Origin: Promethearchaeota archaeon
GTDB lineage: Archaea; Asgardarchaeota; Hermodarchaeia; Hermodarchaeales; Hermodarchaeaceae
Direction of reading: 5' to 3'
DNA length: 20,123 bases
Assembly: GCA_048939625.1 (NCBI GenBank)
Contig: JBHLPH010000028.1
Location: forward strand, 1 to 20,123
The position numbers were made by a program, and so were the translations under genes. The notes below the pieces were generated by a model. The model was not told where the DNA came from, did no database searches, and saw nothing but the letters and a program-made list of their open reading frames with translations. This document shows, in pieces, positions 15,235 to 20,123 of the stretch (position 1 is the first letter of the stretch; every line of letters begins with the position of its first letter).

Positions 15235-16485
15235 CTATATTGGTTCTAATTCTTTGCCCTTTGTCTCAGGGAGCAGCCAAGGTAGAATCAACATGAGGAT
15301 GAAGCCGAAACTTCCGATCAACATTGCTTGGGCCATTGGCCAAGCGAAGAAGTCTACTAGTATTCCGACAATCACTGCACCTAATGCAAATGCACGTGCG
15401 GTGCTAAAGATAAAGGAGGCAGCAGCAGCACGTGAGCTTGTTGGAAAGATTTCACTTGTCCACACTCCAAAGAGTCCATGGGAACTGAAACCTAAAGCTA
15501 GGATGAACAAGCCTCCGACTGCAACGATTGGACTGAACATGACGAAGGTTGCGATGGCAAATATTACTGTGCCAACAAGTCCGAAGAATGTAGGTACCAT
15601 GAAGCCTTTTCGTCGGCCTATCCTATCACCGATATATCCGATGAGTGGAAAGACGAAGAAGAGTACTGTGGCAATGATGAGGAAGATTAGTAAAGCATTT
15701 GTTTGTCCGAAGCCAAGCTCGACGTTTATGAAATACACTCCGAGGTCTACATAGGCATGATAGGCAAATTCTGCGGCCCAGAAGAGAATGATACAGATAA
15801 CGAGAAGCCGAAGATAACCTGAACGGGCAAGGCTCTTTATCTGATCGACCATTGGCACAGATTCTGCAGATTCAAGCTCGTGGTATTTCATCCACAGCTG
15901 TGATTCAGGTAAGACGAAATAGAGTATTGCTATGAACGGTAGTGGAATTAAGGCAATCAAGAAAACAGGTCGCCACCAATTAATTCCAAAAAACGGAACT
16001 AAGATCGGTTCGAGTACTAGCGTGGTAATTAGTACACCGACAAAGCCGATGATGAACATTGCGTGAACAAAACCTCCCCAGGTCGCACGTCGTTTGGGAG
16101 AATAGACTTCACCGAGTAAAGCAAAGGCAATACCCCATGAAACGCCTAACCCAGAAAGGATTCGGAGTGTTGCGAAAATTATGAAGTTCGGTGCAAAGGC
16201 AGAGAGACCAGTGAGGATGGCATCCCAGGCTATTGTGAGTAGTAGGATGTTTTTCCGTCCCATTTTATCTGCTAGACGTCCAAACAGTATGGCGCCAGGG
16301 ACTGTTGCAATGAATTGTGCTGACATGACGAACCCCATCCAAGAAATGGGAACGCCGAAGGCCAATTGTATGGGTTCTGCAAGTGCTGTGATGAGTGTTA
16401 GTCCGATAGCGTCATGAGCCCACCCGAGAGCACAGGCAAAGAAGACGATAAGTTTCTCTGTGCGTGTAAAGGGTTCTATCTCCAT
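15235..16485 (-). CDS. MFS transporter (organic acid/sugar-type)
   Basis: About 12 TM segments; motif A twice (GRLADKMGRK, GYIGDRIGRRK), EVYSPKRR/EIFPTSSR, and C-terminal LPETKG. Confidence 0.92.
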   Translation of the reverse strand: MEIEPFTRTEKLIVFFACALGWAHDAIGLTLITALAEPIQLAFGVPISWMGFVMSAQFIATVPGAILFGRLADKMGRKNILLLTIAWDAILTGLSAFAPNFIIFATLRILSGLGVSWGIAFALLGEVYSPKRRATWGGFVHAMFIIGFVGVLITTLVLEPILVPFFGINWWRPVFLIALIPLPFIAILYFVLPESQLWMKYHELESAESVPMVDQIKSLARSGYLRLLVICIILFWAAEFAYHAYVDLGVYFINVELGFGQTNALLIFLIIATVLFFVFPLIGYIGDRIGRRKGFMVPTFFGLVGTVIFAIATFVMFSPIVAVGGLFILALGFSSHGLFGVWTSEIFPTSSRAAAASFIFSTARAFALGAVIVGILVDFFAWPMAQAMLIGSFGFILMLILPWLLPETKGKELEPI

Positions 16486-16650
16486 GAGGAGACCTCCGTA
16501 GAACAGGAAGAGGGTAAATAAGGAGTTTTCTTGAGTATGTGCGGTTTCCCCCTAAAGGGTTTGTGATGAGTTCTATGAAGTGGAAAAGGTAATTTCTCAG
16601 CTGTTCAGCTTAAAGGAAAATTGGCGAGATTAAGTTACGTTTAGGAGAAT

Positions 16651-17394
16651 TCATTTTGAGAAAGAAAATTGGAAATCTTTGAGGGCGTATGGATGTTTTT
16701 TGTCATCAAAGTCGAGACCACGATTCTTAATGACTTGCATAAGGTGCGCAGGTTTACCATTAGAGGTAGGTTCACCAGTAAATTGGATGATGCAATCACA
16801 AATTCGTTCAATGCTCTCAACAAAGGCCAGTGAATGCATTTCGGGATAGAAGGAGGCAACGACTGTGAGTTGGCGATGGCGTATTAGTGGAAGAAGGCTT
16901 AACCAAAACCTCCAAGCCACGCGATCAGATTCCATTGCATGTAAAAGAACACTTAGAGAATCGATAAACATGAGAGGATGCGCAAATCGCCGTACGGTTG
17001 TTCGCCATTCTTCATAGAATTTGGCGGTATACCGAACATTAGAACAGCGGATGATTCCCTTTTCATCATTAGGGCTTATAGCAGGTTCTCCATATGTCAT
17101 CGAGGAAAGGGCATCCATAAAGACGAATTGGTCTGTTTTGGCTTTAGATAAGATCTGATGTGTTCCAGGTAAGTCTTGGAACTCCTTAACAGTGTGTTCA
17201 GATAATAGGAGAATGCCTCCTTCTCCACGCTCAATCCCCGATGAGAGGAAGTCCATGCCAATAAACCCAGTCATGCCACTGGATTCACCATGTAGTTCTT
17301 CAAGGAGACAAGTTGTTCCCCGGCGTAGCCCACCACCTAAGAAATTGTCAATGGCAGGAATTCCAATTGAAATGACATTTTTTGGGTCGGGCAT
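16651..17394 (-). CDS. KaiC/RAD55-like RecA-fold protein with degenerate Walker A (paralog B)
   Basis: Collinear with 10657-11397, with identical blocks IRCSNVRYTAKFYEE, IDSLSVLLH, LTVVASFYPEMHS and KNRG. The P-loop position reads EELHGESSGMTG. ATG 17394 gives 247 aa, matching the 246-aa paralog. Confidence 0.85.
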   Translation of the reverse strand: MPDPKNVISIGIPAIDNFLGGGLRRGTTCLLEELHGESSGMTGFIGMDFLSSGIERGEGGILLLSEHTVKEFQDLPGTHQILSKAKTDQFVFMDALSSMTYGEPAISPNDEKGIIRCSNVRYTAKFYEEWRTTVRRFAHPLMFIDSLSVLLHAMESDRVAWRFWLSLLPLIRHRQLTVVASFYPEMHSLAFVESIERICDCIIQFTGEPTSNGKPAHLMQVIKNRGLDFDDKKHPYALKDFQFSFSK

Positions 17395-17479
17395 TATCCG
17401 TTGTCCACCAGTAAAAGTTGCCCAAGCCAATATTGGCAACCGAGTTAATAACGATTTTTCAATTGCTTATTTTTTCTTT

Positions 17480-17499
17480 GAGTTAATGGAAATTAACTC
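17480..17499. promoter_or_regulatory. Perfect inverted repeat GAGTTAAT-GGAA-ATTAACTC, candidate transcription-factor operator
   Basis: 8-bp arms with a 4-nt spacer in the intergenic region upstream of KaiC-like paralog B; a third half-site, CGAGTTAAT, lies at 17441-17449. Confidence 0.55.
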
Positions 17500-17524
17500 G
17501 GACATTATGGCGTATTAATAATAT

Positions 17525-18556
17525 CTAGGGTAGCTTGAGTTTCTTTATTGCTGTTTTGAGGAGCACGAAGAGGTTGTCTAAGTCGTCTAAATGGCAGATT
17601 TCTACAGTCGAATGTAGGTATCGGACAGCAACCGAAATAGCCATCATATGGGCACCCATCCCTGCTCGTTGAATAGCAGCTCCGTCTGTTCCGCCTCCAG
17701 TAGCTCCGACTTGTAATGGAATTGAAGCCTTCTCAGCGATTACCTCAAATTGTTTGCGCAATTCTGTGGAGGCTATGGCCCGATTATCGTGCAATCGGAG
17801 AACTGGTCCGGCTCCGAGTGTCACTGGAGCAAGATGATAAGGCACATCAGGTGCATCTCCAGTAGCATAAGAATCGATGGCTAATACGATATCAGGAGTA
17901 AAGCGATTTCCGATTACTGTAGCCCCATGTAACCCAACTTCTTCTTGGACACTCCAAACGAAGGTAATTTTCCGATCTAAATCTTTCTTTGCGAAAGCTT
18001 TTGCTAATTGGATAAGAATGGCACAGCCGAACCGATCATCGATTGCCCTCCCACACAGGTACTTACCCTGAAGAATGAATGAATCCTTTTGGAAAGTAAT
18101 CGGGTCCAAAAGCCGAACATCTAAGGCTTCAGTTTCTTCCCGGCTGCGCGTGCACAAATCAATTTGGAGTTCCTGCCAGGGAACAACTTGTTTCATCTGG
18201 GCGCGATCTATCATGAGGTGTGGTGGCACCATCCCAATTACTCCACGAACTGGTCCAGATTGCGTGTGAATAATTACTGGTCGACTAGGTAGCAGTCGAT
18301 CATCAATACCACCAATTTTCCGGAATCGCAAACAACCATTGTCCTCAATGTGTGTAACCACGAACCCAAGCTCGTCCATATGGGCGATCATAAGGATATG
18401 TGGATCGCCTTTCCCGACGCTAGCATAGAGATTGCCCAAAGAATCCGATTTTAAGGAAAGGATATCACCAATACTTTCACGGATTGCTTCACGAATTGGC
18501 CCCTCATAACCAGACACGCCGGTGGAGGCAAGTAACCATTGCATTAATTCAAGCAT
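17525..18556 (-). CDS. M42 family (TET) metallo-aminopeptidase
   Basis: AHMDELG, IGGID, PPHL, DDRFG, QEEVGL, AID, GGTDG and RYLHS. ATG 18556 follows a GGAG motif; the ORF track start is 18589. Confidence 0.93.
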   Translation of the reverse strand: MLELMQWLLASTGVSGYEGPIREAIRESIGDILSLKSDSLGNLYASVGKGDPHILMIAHMDELGFVVTHIEDNGCLRFRKIGGIDDRLLPSRPVIIHTQSGPVRGVIGMVPPHLMIDRAQMKQVVPWQELQIDLCTRSREETEALDVRLLDPITFQKDSFILQGKYLCGRAIDDRFGCAILIQLAKAFAKKDLDRKITFVWSVQEEVGLHGATVIGNRFTPDIVLAIDSYATGDAPDVPYHLAPVTLGAGPVLRLHDNRAIASTELRKQFEVIAEKASIPLQVGATGGGTDGAAIQRAGMGAHMMAISVAVRYLHSTVEICHLDDLDNLFVLLKTAIKKLKLP

Positions 18557-18647
18557 AGCAAACCGCTCCAAAGGAGGAGTTAGTATCAATTCGCTTTCAA
18601 GGATATTTCAGCCTTTGGCTCGTCGTGAACTCCCCTTAGGATTCATC

Positions 18648-19059
18648 TTAGGACTGGCGTAACCGTAAGAAAACAGCAACCAGAAAAGTAGTTGCACAAA
18701 GAACTCCGATTGAAAGTACTATTGGACCAAGGAAGACATACAGATTCATCAGAATAAGAGAACTTTCCCATTGGTATCTGTCGACAGTTAGTTGAATAGT
18801 GCAATTTGCTTCTGGGCCGTATTCATTGACGAAAACGAAATGCAATTCACCGGAATGCAGAACGTGGAATTCACCGCTGAAAATCGGTTATTGGGACTTG
18901 GTAACTGTAAATTGAGTAACAGAGATACGGATAACTCTCTTCAGCGCTGAGTTCAAATCCCACATTCAGGGGTTTTCGACGCGTGGCAAATACGTGATTA
19001 TTGGTATATTGGGTCTTGTTTATTTACTAAATCGTCAAAAGAATACCAAAGCAAAGGAC
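18648..19059 (-). pseudogene. Disrupted small membrane-anchored protein (frameshift at 18880-18883, stops at 19024-19029)
   Basis: The 65-aa ORF extends upstream without a start codon (FSGEFHVLHSGELHFVFVNEYG...) to TAA 18890-18888. Removing one T from the TTTT run joins it to a frame open from 19023 (INKTQYTNNHVF...YQVPITD), which is preceded in frame by TAG TAA and a hydrophobic VLCFGILLTI. Confidence 0.45.
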
Positions 19060-19131
19060 TGATTCATGGGTTTACATTATTGTACTCCTTTCAGATGTCC
19101 ATTATTACCAGAATTGATAGTGAGGGATTTG

Positions 19132-20123
19132 ATGCAGGAGCCAGAGACGCGTCGCACGGACAAAATTGGGCTTCCACCGGGAAGCATTGTATATGTTGGT
19201 GACAAGGCTGTTGAAGCCACAGTAGTCTCATATACTCTATTCGATGAAAAATCTGTCAAAGAAAAAGTCATCAATTCCGTTGATGAATTACCAAAGCTAC
19301 CTAGCGGAAAAGGTGTATTATGGATTCAAGTTAGCGGTCTAGCCAATATTGACTTAATACAACAATTAGGTGAGAAGTTTCACTTGCATCACCTTGTCAT
19401 GGAAGACATTTTAGCGACGGATCAGCGTCCCAAAGTCGAAAACTATGATGGCCACGAATACATTGTTCTCAAGGCGATTATTAAGAAAGGGTCACGAATG
19501 ACGCCTGAACAAGAACAAATTAGCATAGTGTTAGGCTCAAATTATGTTCTTTCATTTCAGGAACGCCAGTCGCTAATCTTCAATTCAGTCCAGGAATGGA
19601 TTCAGGACAACGGGGGAAACATTCGAACTCGAGGTCCGTATTATCTCTTGTATTCCTTGATAGACTCGATCGTTGACCAATATTTCTTGTTCTTAGAAGC
19701 TTTTAGCGAAGAATTAGAGGATTTAGAACAGGAATTGGTTTCTGACCCCACACAGAATACCCTTCAATCAATCTACGACTTAAAGCGGACAATGATCATG
19801 ATGCGCAAAGCTATTTGGCCACTACGTGAGGTTGTAAGTCGATTAGAACGTGCCGAAACCTCTGAAATTAGAGAGCAATCGGAGCGGTTTTTACGAGATA
19901 TTTATGATCATGTGATTCGGGTGTTTGAAACTGTGGAAACATATCGTGAAGTGCTTTCTGGGATGCTCGACATCTACTTGTCAAGTATGAGCTATCGCAT
20001 GAACGAGGTGATTAAGGTTCTAACCATAGTTTCAACAATCTTTATCCCATTAACCTTAATTGTGGGAATATATGGGATGAACTTTCCAAGCATGCCCGAA
20101 TATCACTTTCCATTTAGCTATCC
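19132..20123 (+). CDS. corA: Magnesium/cobalt transporter CorA (3' end truncated by window edge)
   Basis: Manual translation MQEPETRRTDKIGLPPGSIVYVG...LHHLVMEDILATDQRPKVE...LSFQE...MNEVIKVLTIVSTIFIPLTLIVGIYGMNFPSMPE, which includes the GMN signature. Not in the supplied ORF track. Confidence 0.96.
   Translation, partial: MQEPETRRTDKIGLPPGSIVYVGDKAVEATVVSYTLFDEKSVKEKVINSVDELPKLPSGKGVLWIQVSGLANIDLIQQLGEKFHLHHLVMEDILATDQRPKVENYDGHEYIVLKAIIKKGSRMTPEQEQISIVLGSNYVLSFQERQSLIFNSVQEWIQDNGGNIRTRGPYYLLYSLIDSIVDQYFLFLEAFSEELEDLEQELVSDPTQNTLQSIYDLKRTMIMMRKAIWPLREVVSRLERAETSEIREQSERFLRDIYDHVIRVFETVETYREVLSGMLDIYLSSMSYRMNEVIKVLTIVSTIFIPLTLIVGIYGMNFPSMPEYHFPFSY

Noticed and set aside
15214-15240. Short imperfect palindromes (CCTAT-N7-ATAGG; ATATAGGCATGCTATAT) between the MFS and ThDP genes
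   Set aside because: They are short, AT-rich and imperfect, consistent with chance.
15254-15754. 166-aa plus-strand ORF, and similar ORFs at 1901, 2702, 3623, 4079, 4664, 5025, 7913, 12603, 14964, 16181, 17192, 17877, 18075 and 19077
   Set aside because: These are antisense shadows of well-supported genes and show no recognisable motifs.
10657-17394. Idea that the two KaiC-like copies are terminal repeats of a composite mobile element, or a circadian kai locus
   Set aside because: The copies are strongly diverged at the DNA level, with no transposase/integrase or terminal inverted repeats. They are single-domain proteins and there is no kaiA/kaiB.
18844-18876. 9-bp direct repeat AATTCACCG at 18844 and 18868
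   Set aside because: Only two copies with a 24-nt period, corresponding to the SGEF/SGEL peptide repeat; not a CRISPR array or target-site duplication.
1-20123. tRNA, rRNA, CRISPR arrays and IS elements
   Set aside because: Intergenic gaps are short, and none shows a cloverleaf, repeat-spacer periodicity or a transposase ORF by eye; tRNAscan-SE/Infernal would be needed to confirm.

Overview
A gene-dense archaeal-type window. Evidence for this is the nurA-herA-mre11-rad50 operon, TATA-box promoters, a TET/M42 peptidase and KaiC-like proteins; an Asgard-like origin is only a guess. From left to right it holds: (1) a minus-strand double-strand-break repair operon nurA-herA-mre11-rad50. The rad50 ORF (start 1634, running off the left edge, absent from the ORF track) has a ~42-aa transmembrane hairpin in mid coiled coil and no CXXC zinc hook in the 544 visible residues. 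Both it and the nuclease carry YhaN/YhaO (SbcE/F)-like motifs, which suggests a membrane-tethered end-resection machine; this is the main finding. (2) Two paralogous small membrane proteins. (3) A radical SAM/SPASM enzyme with a PqqD/RRE-like N-terminus, followed by a methyltransferase, with no clear precursor peptide. (4) A VIT1/CCC1-family protein and a PHP phosphatase. (5) A four-gene catabolic module (SDR dehydrogenase, 3-hydroxyacid/3-hydroxyacyl-CoA dehydrogenase, ThDP enzyme, MFS transporter) bracketed by two paralogous KaiC/RAD55-like proteins that both lack the Walker A lysine but keep Walker B and the arginine finger. (6) An M42 peptidase, a frameshifted remnant of a small membrane protein, and corA (partial, also absent from the ORF track). 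I saw no RNA genes, CRISPR arrays or mobile elements. All family calls come from reading motifs by eye; no searches were run.
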